From Octopus vulgaris (Eukaryota), in NCBI GenBank assembly GCA_951406725.2, contig OX597832.1, positions 37,324,001 through 37,388,000 on the forward strand: a DNA stretch of 64,000 nt, written 5' to 3'. The notes beneath the pieces are model-generated. The model saw only the letters and a list, made by a program, of their open reading frames with translations. It did no database searches and had not been told where the DNA came from. Positions 14,624-29,660 of this stretch are shown here, piece after piece. The position numbers and the translations under genes are program-made. Every line of letters begins with the position of its first letter. The first letter of the stretch is position 1.

Positions 14624-14790
14624 TACGACGGGCTTCTTTCAGTTTCCGTCTACCAAATCCACTCATAAGGCTTTGGTCGGCTCGAGGCTATAATAGAAGA
14701 CACTTGCCCAAGGTGCCTCGCAGTGGAACCGAACTCTGAACCAAACCATGTGGCTGGTAAGCAAGCTTCTTATCACACACCCACGGCTGC
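14624..14790 (-). mobile_element. SINE family B (CORE-like) 5' half
   Basis: gacgggcttctttcagtttccgtctaccaaatcc...cttgcccaaggtgc; preceded by a plus-strand 3' tail fragment at 14572-14622. Confidence 0.85.
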
Positions 14791-15391
14791 GCTTATTAAC
14801 GATAACCTCTACAATATCTCTGTCTATGCAAATGCATCCATGCAGAAATGGAACAGTCTGCAAATATTTCATCCCCCACCCCCCCGAAAAAATATAGAGA
14901 GGTGGATTCAAAAAGTTCTTTGATTGCTTGAATTAATCAACATGACAAATTATAGAATCACGTGAAAAAAAATAATGGAATTTATTTCCAAATGATTATA
15001 TCAAATATCAAAAGGTTTATATTCAAGAGTATAGCATGTTATATTGCACACAGGGAGATATAACATGTCAACAGTATTATTGTATGTTTTATCACACAGG
15101 GATGTAACAGTATAGTGTTTTAAATAGAGTTAGGGGTGGGATTAAGGGGGAAATAGGACATTGTCAATAGCCCGCTGTGTCGTAGCCCATTGGAAGGCAA
15201 ACAGTCGTTGCGAACCAGTACAGATAACTGCACATGTGACCATCACACCCTTCTTCCTTTTTGTACGTGTATGTGTGTGTGTGTCTGTGTGTGTGAATGT
15301 GTGTTAGGTGATGATGATGATGATGTGTGTGCGTGTGTGTGAATGTGTGCTGGTGATGATGGTGTTTGATGATACTACTACTATTGTTGTT

Positions 15392-15635
15392 AGGGCGTTG
15401 AGCTGGCAGAATCGTTAGTGCGCCGGGTTAAAATGCTTAGCGGCATTTCGTCAGTCTTTGCGTTGTCGAGAGTTCAAATTCCGCCGAGGTCGATTTTGCC
15501 TTTCATCCTTTCGGGGTCGTTGAAACAAATACCAGTGACACACTGAGGGTCAACGTTTGTGGCCTTGTGCTAAAATTTAAGGATTGCGAGGTGGCAGAAT
15601 TGTTAGCACGCCGGACAAGATGGTTAGCGGCATTC
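15392..15635 (+). mobile_element. SINE family A copy plus second head fragment
   Basis: gagctggcagaatcgttag...gagttcaaattccgccgaggtcga. Confidence 0.85.
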
Positions 15636-15679
15636 CACATATATACACCCGCACAAACTCACACACACACACACACACC

Positions 15680-15785
<106 letters not shown>

Positions 15786-15919
15786 CACATGTGTGCATCT
15801 GTGTGTGCGCATGCATGAATAATCTTTAAAGTTGATAGCTTTTCTGTTTAAGTTTCTCGCCAGAATGGACTATGAAAGAAGAAATATTTCTACCCCCATA
15901 AGGGAATTACCTTTGCTAT

Positions 15920-16222
15920 ATATAAAATCCTGTTTTGTTGTAGAGGTCAGCTGCCCTCCGAATCTGAGTATACTGTTCAAAAGTCGAGGAAAAAGAATAT
16001 TTATGGCGAATTAATGCGGAATTTACAGATATTGTACCCTGTGTATAAATTCCCATCTATATCTATCATCATAGGTGCATTAAGCTACGTAGCAACGAAT
16101 TTACACCATTTCCTAAAATTATTAGGTTTTTCGAAGAGAGAGCAAAAGAAACTGACAGATTCTCTGAATCCAGTCTATCAGTGGCACAGTGAAGAACTGC
16201 AAGACATTCCAAAGTTTATCTA
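15920..16222 (+). pseudogene. R4/Dong-like non-LTR retrotransposon C-terminal restriction-like endonuclease fragment
   Basis: KSCFVVEVSCP...IYGELMRNLQILYPVYKFPSISIIIGALSYV...LLGFSK...QSISGTVKNCKTF across frameshifts; matches RLE E..CP / IIIGALG pattern. Confidence 0.7.
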
Positions 16223-16694
16223 TCTGAATAGATGCACAAACGTGTATGTGTGCATCGACAGATCAACCAACACACCAACTAAACCACATAATTACAAACA
16301 CCAGGAACTCTCATAACTCAAAACTACTGTCGCAGTGGGACTGAATCCGAAACCACGTGGTTGCAAAGCAATCCTCTTAATCTTACAACAATACTTACAC
16401 AAATGGAAGTTTTAGTATTAATTAAGAAGAATCCAAACGAAACTCCTAATTCGGAAGACATGAAATATATCATACAATTTCGGGTATTAAAATTTCGTTA
16501 TATACAACTTCAAGATGGATGAGGCTGTGTTGCTTATTGCAAAATTCGATCTAACATGCTACATTCATCACTTCTTTCAGAAGGTTAGACCAAGAAAACA
16601 TGAACATTTTTAATAACATTGATTAAACCAAAACCCTTATTTGTTGAACGGGACACGTGCATACATATCCATTCTTATATACGTACATAAATAA

Positions 16695-16735
<41 letters not shown>

Positions 16736-16969
16736 AAGCCTTATGCTGTACCAATATCGGATTTCAAATAAATATAATAACCCTATTTCATATTTACATT
16801 GTTTGTCGATGAAACATTGAAACATAGATATATATTTATGACTGTCTTTCTGTCTGTCTGTGTGTAATTGTGTGTGTGTGTGTTTGTATGTATATGCGTT
16901 TGCATGTGGGTATTTGTATGTGTGCGCGTATAAATATACACATACAGTATGCGAATATACATCTACGTA

Positions 16970-17004
<35 letters not shown>

Positions 17005-17154
17005 ATGTATGTATGTATATATGCATATATGCATGTATGTGTGTGTGTGTATGCGTATACAATCATTATATACACATGCGAACACATTTCACATTGCTGT
17101 GAAAGACAGGCAGTTTTACCGCTTCCACAAAAACATTAGCTCTCTCTCTTTCTT

Positions 17155-17187
<33 letters not shown>

Positions 17188-17404
17188 TTTTTTCTCTCCC
17201 TCTTTATGTCTGTCTCTCACTCTCTCACTCTCTCACTTCTTACTCTCGCACACAGAGATGCACACATATATAGATACATGCATACATTGAAACTTGCATA
17301 TATATACTTGCACCCACACACACACGCACCCACACACACACGCACCCACACACACACGCACATACACACACACGCACCCACACACACACGCACACACACA
17401 CACG

Positions 17405-17441
<37 letters not shown>

Positions 17442-17500
17442 ATACAAAGAGTCAGAAAGACCAGTAGACAGACGGACAGAATAAAAATGAATCTAATGAA

Positions 17501-17556
<56 letters not shown>

Positions 17557-17643
17557 CACTATTATTATTATTTATTCCTACGTAGGCTGCTTATTGATTT
17601 TTGGTATGAAATATGTTATGGTCTACTGATCTGGGAGGGACAG

Positions 17644-17676
<33 letters not shown>

Positions 17677-18078
17677 AGAGAGAGAGAGAGAGAGGGAGAG
17701 AAGGAGAGAGAGAGAGGGGGAGATGGTATGGGTGGTGGGCTATGGCCTGCCAATAGTCGAGTGTATCTGGTTATTCAGACGGGACATCGTTCTGACTCGT
17801 GTCACACATAATGGTACAGTTTTTTTCAATTTATTTGACAGGCCAGCTTAATTAAAGTCAACGCTTGCACTCACTCCTTCCACGGCTATAATAAATTATT
17901 GCAAAATACCCTCGTTTGACCTACAGCTACAGCGTACGACAATATACATCAATAACTCGCAGTATACGTCCACACACAACACGCGCGCACGCACACACAC
18001 ACACACACACACACACAGAGGTATACATACACACATACAGGTGTTTGTGTGTGTGTGTGTTTATATGATATGTATACA

Positions 18079-18298
18079 AAGGCGGCGAGCTGGCAGAATC
18101 GTTAGCACGCCGGGCGAAATGCGTAGCCGTATTTCGTCTGCCGTTACGTTCTGAGTTCAAATTCCGCCGAGGTCGACTTTGCCTTTCATCCTTTCGGGGT
18201 CGATTAAATAAGTACCAGTTACGAACTGGGGGTCGATGTAATCGACTTAATTCGTTTGTCTGTCCTTGTTTGTCCCCTCTTGTGGGTAATAAAGAAAC
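18079..18298 (+). mobile_element. SINE family A, near full length
   Basis: High identity to 3655 copy; TSD gataYgtatac. Confidence 0.92.
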
Positions 18299-18332
18299 AG
18301 ATACGTATACATAGAAACATACATACAAACGC

Positions 18333-18391
<59 letters not shown>

Positions 18392-18702
18392 CACATAGAT
18401 ATATACATGAATTGGGGTGAACATGCTACTCATCATCAGCATTGATCTTTCTAAAACTCACAAAAAATTGTTACCTTCACATGTATAGAGTACTGTATTA
18501 CTTTGAGAGAGTACCTTGTACACTTAACACACAGTTACACTCACACGTACATACATCTATTTGTATGCAAATATGTGTGAGAGAGAGAGTGTCTGTACTT
18601 GTTTGTCCCCTCTATATTTAGTCACTTGTGGGCAATAAAGGAATAAGAAACGTTAGTACGCTGGGCAAAATTTCTGAGCGGCATTTCGTCCGTCTTTACG
18701 TT

Positions 18703-18810
18703 TAGGTGTTTTCGCTCAATAAACACTCACAACGCCCGGTCTAGGAATCGAAACCACGATCCTACAACCACGAGTCCGCTGCCCTAACCACTGAGCCAAT
18801 GCGCCTCCAC
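18703..18810 (-). mobile_element. SINE family C head, fused to SINE A fragments at 18595-18702
   Basis: Reverse complement of 6305-6410. Confidence 0.8.
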
Positions 18811-19926
18811 ACCCTCCACATATATATGCATGTATGTATATATATATGTATGTATGTATGTATAATATTTTGGAGGAGGGGTATGTCGATTACATCGACC
18901 CCAATGCTCAGAAAGAAAGAAAGGTAAAGAAAGGCGTATATTCACCTTATTATTTTTCACATTTCTGAACTAAAACTGAACGCCACCTTTACTCTACCGT
19001 TTTCTAATTACCACGTAAGCATATTTCTGTGAATCTCCAAACAACTTTTCACACTTATCTTCCTTCCACTTCTCTCTTGACAAATGACCACTTTACGAAA
19101 CGTCCTGGTATATCTTTGTCTTCCTTTCTTCTTTTCCGTGTTAAGCACATTGATTTTGTACCTTGCTGATTATTTTCATTTCCTTTTATCAGCCCGTGTC
19201 TCGCATAATTAAACTGCTAAAAACAAAAACAAAAACAAAAGTGGTTTAGTCCCCTCGTCACCTGACTATCTGTAGATCAGTCAGTAAAGCGGCAAAAATT
19301 TATTGAGAAAAAATGCGTAAAGCGTTGAGAGAAGCCTGAGCTGCTGAGACGGGTAACCATTTTAATTTTGACGGACTGGAGCAAAGAGAAATAAGGCACT
19401 TTGCGACATGCCGCCCGATCCAGGAATCGAACCGATGACCTCATGAAATTGATACCAACGCCTAAACCAGTAGGTCACACATTCCTTTACACACACACAC
19501 ACACACACTTGTGTCATTACTGATGTGTTATCAATGATGTTGTTGCTGTTTAACCCAAAGTTAGGCTTGACTGAGCAGAACTATTACAAAAAATGCATCA
19601 TCTGTGACCACCCCTTTTTACAATGACGCAGGAATATGAAGAAGGAAATTCTGCTGCTATTTCTAGAAGCTTGAGCGACTACATAGGGGTTCTTTAAATA
19701 GCTCATTTAAAGAAAAATCAAGTTGTGGTTGTTGCTGTTATTTTTATTGTTTTCAAAATAATTTGATTTAAGGTTGTTTTTATAAGTAAAATATGGCGTC
19801 TATTGTCCCCCGGTTAATGCGGACACAGACAGACAGACATCTAAACACACATCTAAACACAACCAGGCTCTCAAAACACACACACACACAGATATCTATA
19901 TTAACACACATATACAGACATCTGTA

Positions 19927-19987
<61 letters not shown>

Positions 19988-19998
19988 ATGTCTGTCTG

Positions 19999-20043
<45 letters not shown>

Positions 20044-20046
20044 TTA

Positions 20047-20085
<39 letters not shown>

Positions 20086-20623
20086 ATATTCACGCACAAA
20101 ACCTCACAAGCAAGCACACACAAGCACATGCGCACACAAATACACAAACCTTCGCTGATCAGACACACAGAGGCTTAAACAGATTTCCTCATAGAGAGAG
20201 CCACATTACTTACACACACAAAAATGCGCATAAATACACATGGACGTACACATTCCAAATACATTTACGCTAACCACACACACACATACACACACAACAC
20301 ACACACAAACACACACACACAAAGAATCACGATACACGACGCATAACCAATATCAATGACATTTAGCCAACCTCTGTCCGTTCCTCTCTTACACACACAT
20401 ACTCACACACACCAAGACACATGCATATACAGACACAAACCAGCAGATAATCTCACACACACAGAAATATGTAATAAATGAGGTGTGGCGAGAGAACTGG
20501 TTACAATGGTGAGTTTTGAGTTCGTGAGCCAGGTTGCTTTTTCCGGTCACAACTGCCTCACTTCCGCAACTAATATCTTTGGAAACTCCATAAAACACAC
20601 ACACACACACACACACACATTCA

Positions 20624-20684
<61 letters not shown>

Positions 20685-20801
20685 GTTGTTGCTTTTTCCT
20701 ATTTACACTTTATCACTCTACACAGACATGTGCACTCATTCACACATCAATAAATGCAAACATAAACATATATACATATACATAAATCTACATAAATATA
20801 C

Positions 20802-20856
<55 letters not shown>

Positions 20857-20875
20857 TAAATATACATATATATAT

Positions 20876-20916
<41 letters not shown>

Positions 20917-20969
20917 CATAAATATACATACATATATATATATATAATATATCTATCTATCTATCTATC

Positions 20970-21006
<37 letters not shown>

Positions 21007-21779
21007 ATATGTATATATATACATACATATATACATACATACATATACATACATATATATATATATATATAAATGCACCTACATATGCACACATATTCAC
21101 ATATGTAGGTAGGCACACATTAAGCAATACGCACTCACAAACACACACACACAGGCACATGCACACAGAGTCAGATCATTGCCGAATTATCTAAACTCAG
21201 CCTTCTCTTGAGGCTTTACTCATTCGTAGGTTAACAGTGAGTGTATGCATGTATGATTGTATGTATGTATGTATGTATGTATGCACAGTGTGTGTGTGCG
21301 TGAGAGAGAGAGAGAGAGATAGAGAGAGAGAGATAGAGAGAGATAGAGAGGGAGGGACGTAGGTAAGGAGAGCGGTAGCTGTATGTGCTATAAGAAAGAG
21401 TTGCTAGTAAAAAAGTGGGTGTCAATATCGTTGACCCGACAAACATTAACAGTTTGTTATAGCAACAAGATAATATCTACAAGGTCGCTTTGCCTGCTTA
21501 AATGATCAGCTAAATTACCCACAAATCATATCCTAATGTCACATGGTTTGGAAGATAGACATCTCCACCACCTCCGTTTAACGCCCTATCTGAACCTTTC
21601 TTTCTTTTTGCAGTTTCCATTTTGTTGCAAATATTTAAACCCGCTAATATTAAAGATCACGTAAAGAAGATTATCGCCGTTAACCGGTCCCCTATTTTCT
21701 GATAAAACCATGAAGAAGGAAGAATATATTGTAAAATGTTGTCCAGTTTTATATGCTGACATCGTATCCTTTCCATGAT

Positions 21780-22270
21780 GTGTCTGGAAGAAGCCCAGCA
21801 TCTCTCTAAAGACCAAGATCCGCCTGTTTCGTGCACTGGTTCGGCCTCTCTTCCTCTACAGCGCTGAGATTTGGACCATCCTCAAGCGGGACCTGATCAA
21901 GCTCAAGGCGTTCCAATGCGGTGTTTTCGTCAGATCCTTGGTATATCTCTACGCGACAAAATCTCAAACAAAACAATCCGAGAAAATGCCAGTAGCAGCC
22001 GACCATTGAAGACCTAATCCGGCAGCGCAGGCTCCAGTGGTTTGGCCACGCCTGCAAGATGAGCATCGGAAGATTGCCACACCAACTTTTGTGGTGGCAG
22101 CGACTCACGCACTGGAGTATCCAGCGTAGCGCACCAAAGAAAACATGGGCGAAACAAACTGAGGAAGGCCTGAAGTCCGAAGCGCCTCGATCTCGAGTAT
22201 GCCAAGGCCAGCACCATGGATCAGAAAGCATGGAATAACATCATCACCAGAGTCCGTCATCCAGCGGCAC
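21780..22270 (+). pseudogene. RTE-clade LINE ORF C-terminal fragment
   Basis: VWKKPSISLKTKIRLFRALVRPLFLYSAEIWT...RCFRQILGISLRDKISN...IRQRRLQWFGH...RLPHQLL with frameshifts. Confidence 0.9.
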
Positions 22271-23149
22271 TCACAGCAGCGTGTTAGTTGAGATGACGAT
22301 CTCCCTATCCAGTTGCCAGCTCGGAATTAAAGAAGAATCAACGCTGGAAGTGTCCACATTTGTAAACGTTCGAATTTCCAGATTCTTTTACTTGTTTGAA
22401 TCATTTGACTGCGGCCATGCTGGAATCGAGTTAAATAAAACACAAAGTGAGACATCAACTAAACATGTCCTGTGATTGAAGTAGGTCATAAAATTCAATG
22501 TGTGCTGGGGAAAAGATCCTGTTCCTTAGTCACAATCGAGGAAATCTGGGCTCAATGGAATACCAGCCATGAGTATCTCTTACTTTTACGGTTATCGTTT
22601 GAAGATTTGATTGCTATTTTTAACAGGTTGAGCAATATAAACATGTTTTTGTTGTTGTTTAACGTCGGGTTAACCACTGCTAGAGGAGATATCTTATCAA
22701 AAAATACCCGTGTGACCACCACACACACATACACACATATTACATTGACCACAATACTCATCAGCCATCATGTAGTTGCGTATCTCTATTTTCACGTCAT
22801 TCAGTTACATTAATTTAATTCATTTTGTTTTCATATGAAGCTGACTCTAGAATAAATCTTCCGGCTATATTGAGTTCTGTATTTAATTTAGGATCAACAT
22901 TTTTTCGTAGCTTCCTATTTGTTTTGCTGCTGTGGTATCGTTTCCCTTGTGTATAATATCGTCGCTGCTGTTCACCCAACATGCAAGCACTTTTATACAC
23001 TAAAAATATTTAACGTGGGACAGGATGCGTTGATATTACTTACTCACTTGTTTGACTTGTCCTCATTTGACGCGGATGTCACAGTCTTCAGGGACATACA
23101 GAGATAGGGAGCGAAAGTGAGAGGAAAATGACATATATATATATATATA

Positions 23150-23200
<51 letters not shown>

Positions 23201-23434
23201 ACACAAACACATATATATGTATATATATGCATGAATATATGTTTATATATATATACACACACATATATATGTATATATATATGCATAAATATGTTTTTAT
23301 ATATATATATATAAATATCTATATGTCCAGCTATCTATCTATATATATATATATATGTACACACACGCACACACACATATATATGTATATGTATGTATGT
23401 ATATACATGCATAAATGTTTATATATACACATAT

Positions 23435-23502
<68 letters not shown>

Positions 23503-23543
23503 ATATATGCATAAATATGTTTTATATATATCTAAATATATAA

Positions 23544-23589
<46 letters not shown>

Positions 23590-23642
23590 ATATATATATA
23601 TATGTACACATACACATATATATGTATATGTATGTATGTATG

Positions 23643-23680
<38 letters not shown>

Positions 23681-23708
23681 CACACATATATATGTATATG
23701 TATGTATG

Positions 23709-23739
<31 letters not shown>

Positions 23740-24504
23740 GTATATATATATGGGAGGGTATGTACAAACCCACCCATACTCATATGCACATATCCATGCT
23801 ATCCGGGTCGCTAAGTATTAGTAAGAACAATAATGGTTTTATAATTTAATAATAATAATAACACACACAGTAATAATAATAATAATGATGATGATGATAA
23901 TGATGGCGTTGGTGTTGGTGGTGATGGTGATGGTGGTAGCGGTGGTGGCGTGCTCGTCCTTTTTGCACTAGTGTCGTTTGCACTTCGAAACAAAAGCGTG
24001 TCGGGTTGTGTAAACAATATTAGTAAATTAAGCTGTGACAGAGGAAATATAGGATGTAACTTGAGTTGTGTTGTAACAACAGAATTCCACATATGTCGAC
24101 CAAAAATTCATTAGACTTTTAGAATAAATGGTTTCATTAAAGTGACTGGAGGAGATCTGATAACCAGCTGGGTCGATGATGGAACACACGAAGGTATTTT
24201 GGTTCTTCATGAAACGCTATCAATCTCTTTCCGAACTACACTCGTAGAAGGAATAGATATTTGGCGAAGTAACATTATTTGGCGAAGTAACGTTATCAAA
24301 ACACTCCTCAAGTTTTACTGTCTTTCCACTGTTTTCAGTAGAGAAGTATGTCACCATGTGCTGCTTAATTTAGTTATGCCGACTGGGTCACAATTGCAGT
24401 TATCGAGCAGCAGAAAAACTTTCAAAACTGACCTCTAAATTGTTATTTTGTAGAACTTCAACTCCGATTTCTTTAGTTCTTAAAAACCTTAAACGTTGAG
24501 TCGC

Positions 24505-24680
24505 ACAGCAATGTTAAATTGTTGGGGAAACAACAAAATCTTCTTTCTGACTCAGTTTTCTGTAAGATCTAGACTATGTCAGTTCTGTAAGTTTACCAAA
24601 GTTCGTCAGTTCCTAGCACTTCTGCTGATGGTAGCAGCCATGTGTTTTCGGGAAGGTATGCTAAAAGAACAGATCCAATT
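24505..24680 (+). pseudogene. Possible decayed hAT transposase dimerisation domain
   Basis: MLNCWGNNKIFF...LDY...SVPSTSAD...VFS resembles the L.WW...FP.L..A.D.L..P.TSA..ER.FS motif; heavily mutated. Confidence 0.3.
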
Positions 24681-25109
24681 GTTATTTTTAAAAAATCTTC
24701 CTCAAACATGCAGTACAGTGTTGTTGATAATGGACAGAATTCCAGCCATCAACAGGAACCAGACAGCCTGTCATCTCGACTAGCCGATATCTTTATTACT
24801 TTAATAGTTCTTCATTTTGTTCTAACCAATTCCTGGCCATGGAGAGATAAATAATATTAGTTATCACATTATATAATAGTAAATAAAATATACAGCGATA
24901 TATAGTTAGTAAAGTAAACCTTGGTAAACTAAGCGCCAACATAATGAAGATAAATCATTAGCTTAATGATTAATTCTGGTAAAGGCCGATAGGGGAGGTA
25001 AATCCAAGAAGTGATTATTTGTCACATACTACCACACCAACTACTACAAAATCAGAACCACATCCAAAGTATACCACTATCATACCACCACCGCCGCCGC
25101 CGCCGCCGT

Positions 25110-25530
25110 TTGTCAGTTGTTTGACCGTAACCAGTTGAGCATGTCCCTTGGTGGCTGACTATATGTGCATCTTTGATCACGAGCAGAAGTAGTGAACGGG
25201 GGGGGGGGCATCATTGCCATGTGTTGAGAGGAATTCTTTGGGGCTGAATAATTCACCTCTGGTAACGTGAGTGTTTCGTTCACCATCCTAAAAACAAACC
25301 TTATTCAGGGACCTTGTGAGCGGGATGGGTTACCTGAAGAAAATTCAAACTGGGCCCCACGTGCAAGGTCATCATATGAGATCACCTTGTTGGTCACATA
25401 TGGTTGTGATGCATGTGACTGGTGTACCCTTATCAGACGGGTAGTCGTGATGGGTATACTGGGCTTCGTATATTTGTAACCCAGTATCACTTGAAAGGCA
25501 TGCACTGCTCTCTCACTCAATAATAATAAT
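25110..25530 (+). mobile_element. Probable LINE 3'UTR-type interspersed repeat ending in (AAT)n
   Basis: GC-richer block terminating ctcactcaataataataat; single copy in window, family recalled only loosely. Confidence 0.35.
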
Positions 25531-25732
25531 CCTTTCTATTATAGACACAAGGCCTGAAATTTGAGGAGAGGGTTAGGGTTAGGGGATTACATCAACCCCA
25601 GTACGTAACTGGTACTTATTAGGATGAACGGCAAAGTCGATCTGGGCTGAATTTGAACTCAGAACGTAACCGACAAAATACCGCTTAGCATTTTGCCCTC
25701 CGCGCTAACGATTCTGCCAGTTCGTCGCCTTT
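25530..25732 (-). mobile_element. SINE family A
   Basis: gctaacgattctgccagttcgtcgcctt end; gaatttgaactcagaacg. Confidence 0.8.
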
Positions 25733-25916
25733 ACTCAACAACAACAATAATAATAATGATGGTAATGATGATGATGATGATGATGGTGGTGTTATAGTGA
25801 GAGTAGTAGTAATATCAACTACTACAATAATAGGAAAAACAGTAATATCAATAATTTTATATGAACAATAACTTGATGACGATGACGATGATGAGAAGAA
25901 GAAGAAGAAGAAGAAG

Positions 25917-25949
<33 letters not shown>

Positions 25950-26984
25950 AAAGAAGAAGAAGAGCAACAACAACATCTACAACAAACAACAATAATAATG
26001 ATGATAATGATAATTTTGAAAGATACAATAAAGAAATAAAAAGACGAAAGACTGATGAAAGTTGCATTGAGAACCACTTCAATATATATCAGCATCAATA
26101 ACATCTAAAATCGTCGACCCCCCCCCCGACAATAACAGCAACAACAACAACATCAGCTACGATTCCACCAGGAATCTGTACCAGCTTCTGTCACTGATAC
26201 TACAATCAAACAGCAACAACAACAACATTTCCACGACCACTTTTCTCCTCCCGCCACTACAGCTCCAACCACCACCACCACCACCACCTAGATCACCGCT
26301 ACTACCACTACTACCACCACCACAACCACCGCCACCACCACCACCACACCACCATCATCACCACCACAACCACCACCACCACCATCACCACCACCATCAC
26401 CATCGCCACAACCACCACCACCACCACCACCACGTAGATCACCAATATCAACGCCATCACCAACAGCATCAGTACCAACATGCTCAACAACGTTACTGTC
26501 AACAACAAGAAGAAGAACAACAATAACAACAACAACAACAACAAGCCACATAAACAGTTGAAGTCAAAATAACAATATGTGCTGATAGCTGGGATAACGA
26601 ACGTTCACTCTAAAAATTCAAATGACTTTTTCGAAAGACACGCAAACGGAAATGTATTATTTCCTCGCTGAAATCTCGCTTCTATCCACCATTTTGATTA
26701 GACCAAAAAGACGAATTAAGTCCCCCGTTAGAACACATCAATGGCGAATGCCCTGCGGCCCCAGACGCCGCTAATTTCCTGTTAGCACAAGCTTCTCTTC
26801 GGTCTTACTTTGACACAAACCAGAAAATTTACTGCAGACCCCAAAATTGAAAATAATGTGTGTGATTATATACATGTGTGTGTTTGTTTGTCTGTGTGCG
26901 TGTGTATGTGTATGTATGTATACATATATGTATATATATATGTGTGTATATATATGTATATATATGTATATATACATATGTATA

Positions 26985-27078
<94 letters not shown>

Positions 27079-27268
27079 TGTATGTATGTATGTATGTATG
27101 TATTGATGTGTATATAGTAGTTGTATATATTTGTGTATGTGTGTAGAATCATAACTCCAAAGGAGATCAGAGAGATTTTAGACAATGAACGAAATGGAAA
27201 TTTGGTTTACTTTTCAACCAAATCTTAAAATTTTCTACGCAGATGTATTAGATAACGCAATCCATCGC

Positions 27269-27321
<53 letters not shown>

Positions 27322-28289
27322 ACACGTATCCATATATCAGGAACCTATCAAAGAGCAACATCCATTTTCATTCCAATCTTGGAACTTTTCCTGTATGGGC
27401 GGTTTCACTTGTTTTCATACAACATATTTTTTGTATTTTTTATAAACGTATTTTAGAGTGTAATGTGTGTGTGTGTGTGTTTGAGTGTGTCTCTGTGTGT
27501 ACAGTTTATATATTTTTTTATATTTTCGTATGTTATTATTTGTTTGCATTTTCCCGTTTCCCCCGAACCAAATCTTCAAATTAAGGACATTATTTTAGTT
27601 CCAAGAATTCCTTCACTCTTTCTTCGCTGCATCGTTCGAAACCATTAAGGATGCCTTTGATGGCTTTTATATCGAAGTCGTTCGTTCATAATACGCAAAG
27701 AGGCTGCTTCAACTGCTCCTGATGAGAATGATGATGATGAGATGGAGGAGGAGGAGGAGGAGGTGCTGGCGGATTAATGATGATGGCTCTGCCGTTCTTG
27801 TTGATAATGTTGATTATAATGATGCTGATGGTGTTGTTGATGATAATAATGTTTGATGATACTGGTGGTGGCGGTGGTGGTCGCGATAGTGATGATAATA
27901 GTGATGATGACGATGGCAGTGGTGCTGGATGCGGTGACGATGACGATGATGATGATGCTGTTGCAAGTAGTGATGGTAAGGGATCAAATGATGGTCAAGA
28001 TGATGAATATTTATTTCGAATTTTGGCACAAGGCCAGTAATTTTAGGGAGCAGTTAAATTGATTACATCGACCCCAGTGTTTAACTGGTCCTTATTTCAT
28101 CGAAGGGCAAAGTTGCTTTCGGCGGAGTTTGAAATATCGTGAAGACGGACGAAATTCGACGGTGTGATTGCTTATTTTTCAGAATGACATTGTGGGGTAG
28201 GTGAGAGAGGTCAGATCTGCCCAGTTTGACCATAATGTATGTAGAATATTTGGGCCTGGTATGGCCAGTTTCAATGCTAAAAGGATTAA

Positions 28290-28675
28290 TTCGCTAAATA
28301 TTTAGTCATTATCATTACTTATATATTCAGCAGCTTTTGTAGATTGGACAAAAACTAAATTAGCAAAACTGGACAGAAGAACTAGAAAGGATTTCAATGT
28401 GAATGGAGGACTCCTTCAGAGAGCAGGAGTAGCAAAATTATGCTTACCTAGAAAGGAAGGTGAAAGAGGGTTAGTGTTTGTAGAAGACTGCGTGGAGTTG
28501 GCTAGAGTAGATACAGACTCCCATGTAGGTAATAATGAGGAAAGATTATTCAGAGCTGCTAGAGTCACAGCAAGACATAGGGAGACCAAAAAGCCAAACG
28601 AAGATAAAAATCGGAAGAAAGAAAAATAATATTATCTGACTGGCAGGAAAAGGCTTTGCATGGTAAATTCCCAAA
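28290..28675 (+). pseudogene. R4/Dong-clade LINE post-RT fragment
   Basis: YSAAFVDWTKTKLAKLDRRTRK...KLCLPRKEGERGL...WQEKALHGKF (LY.PR..GGRGL and W..K.LHG motifs). Confidence 0.85.
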
Positions 28676-28699
28676 GGTAGTTTCAGTAAATACCCCTAG

Positions 28700-29660
28700 G
28701 GTAATTGGTCTACAAGTTCATGTATCGAGTGCGCCCGTTCACTCAACCCATTTTTGCCACATTCACCCACCTTCGAACAAAATTGCTGGTAGGGGTGGAG
28801 ACACGTGAAATTTGGAAGTATCGATGAGAAAAGAGGAAAGTATTTGTCTTCAACCCTTTCAATCTGACCCACTACACAACCTCTTTCGCTAAGGCCACCA
28901 GACAAAGGAACGTTGTCTGCTTTTCCTAACCAAAGGAAGGCTACGGGACTATCTTCACAATCGATTCCGTTCTATACGGAACAGCATGTGTTCAACATAA
29001 ACCCACAAATCAGCAATACTCGGGGCATTGGACGAGAGCATCCGACACAGTTTCGTCGCTCTGCGCGCATCTCAAGCAAGCCTGCTTGTAGAGTTCGTCG
29101 CGAATTGGCAATACCCCCACCCATTAACCCTCGGTAGCACTACTAGACCAAGGATTTCTGGAAATTATCCGAAGGCCCCGTATATGCCGACGCGGTTCTC
29201 CCACATCCTAGTTCGCAGAGAATGTCTCTCAGAGGCTCCATTTCCCGAAGTAGCGGCTCTAGAGCCAGTACATACAAAAGAGACGCGAGGGGACACCCTT
29301 GACGGACTGATCGCAAGAAGCCGAAAGGTTCGGAAAGGTAAACATTCACCCAGACTATCGAGCAGATGTAGCTGTACATTGCATTGCGGCGATCCAGCTA
29401 CGGAAAATGGGACCGAAACCGGCCATCTTGAGAAGGGCTGCCAAGAATTAGTTTTCAACTCTATGGAAGGCTTTCGATTGATCCAAATTCGTCAAGGACC
29501 CTACCCATGTCAGCTTCTTTACTCACTCTGTCTATGATGTATTGGATGAGGTAGAGGTTGTCATGGATATATCTGCTTGGGATGGCACATGTTTGCGCAT
29601 TATCCATGAGTTCCTCGACGACAAGCTCCAATCTCTTTGCTAACAACCTTGGCCAAAATT
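28700..29660 (-). pseudogene. Tx1/L1-clade LINE reverse transcriptase fragment
   Basis: LAKRLELVVEELMDNAQTCAIPSRYIHDNL and SVRQGCPLASLLYVLALEPLL motifs; frameshifted. Confidence 0.9.

Noticed and set aside
23040-23098. Minus-strand CTGAAGA...agtc-aaac motif (similar weak cases at 54480-54600 and 54790-54875)
   Set aside because: GAAA missing or altered and stem I not found; at most decayed PLE remnants
29028-29537. 169-aa plus-strand ORF
   Set aside because: Antisense shadow of the Tx1/L1 RT fragment
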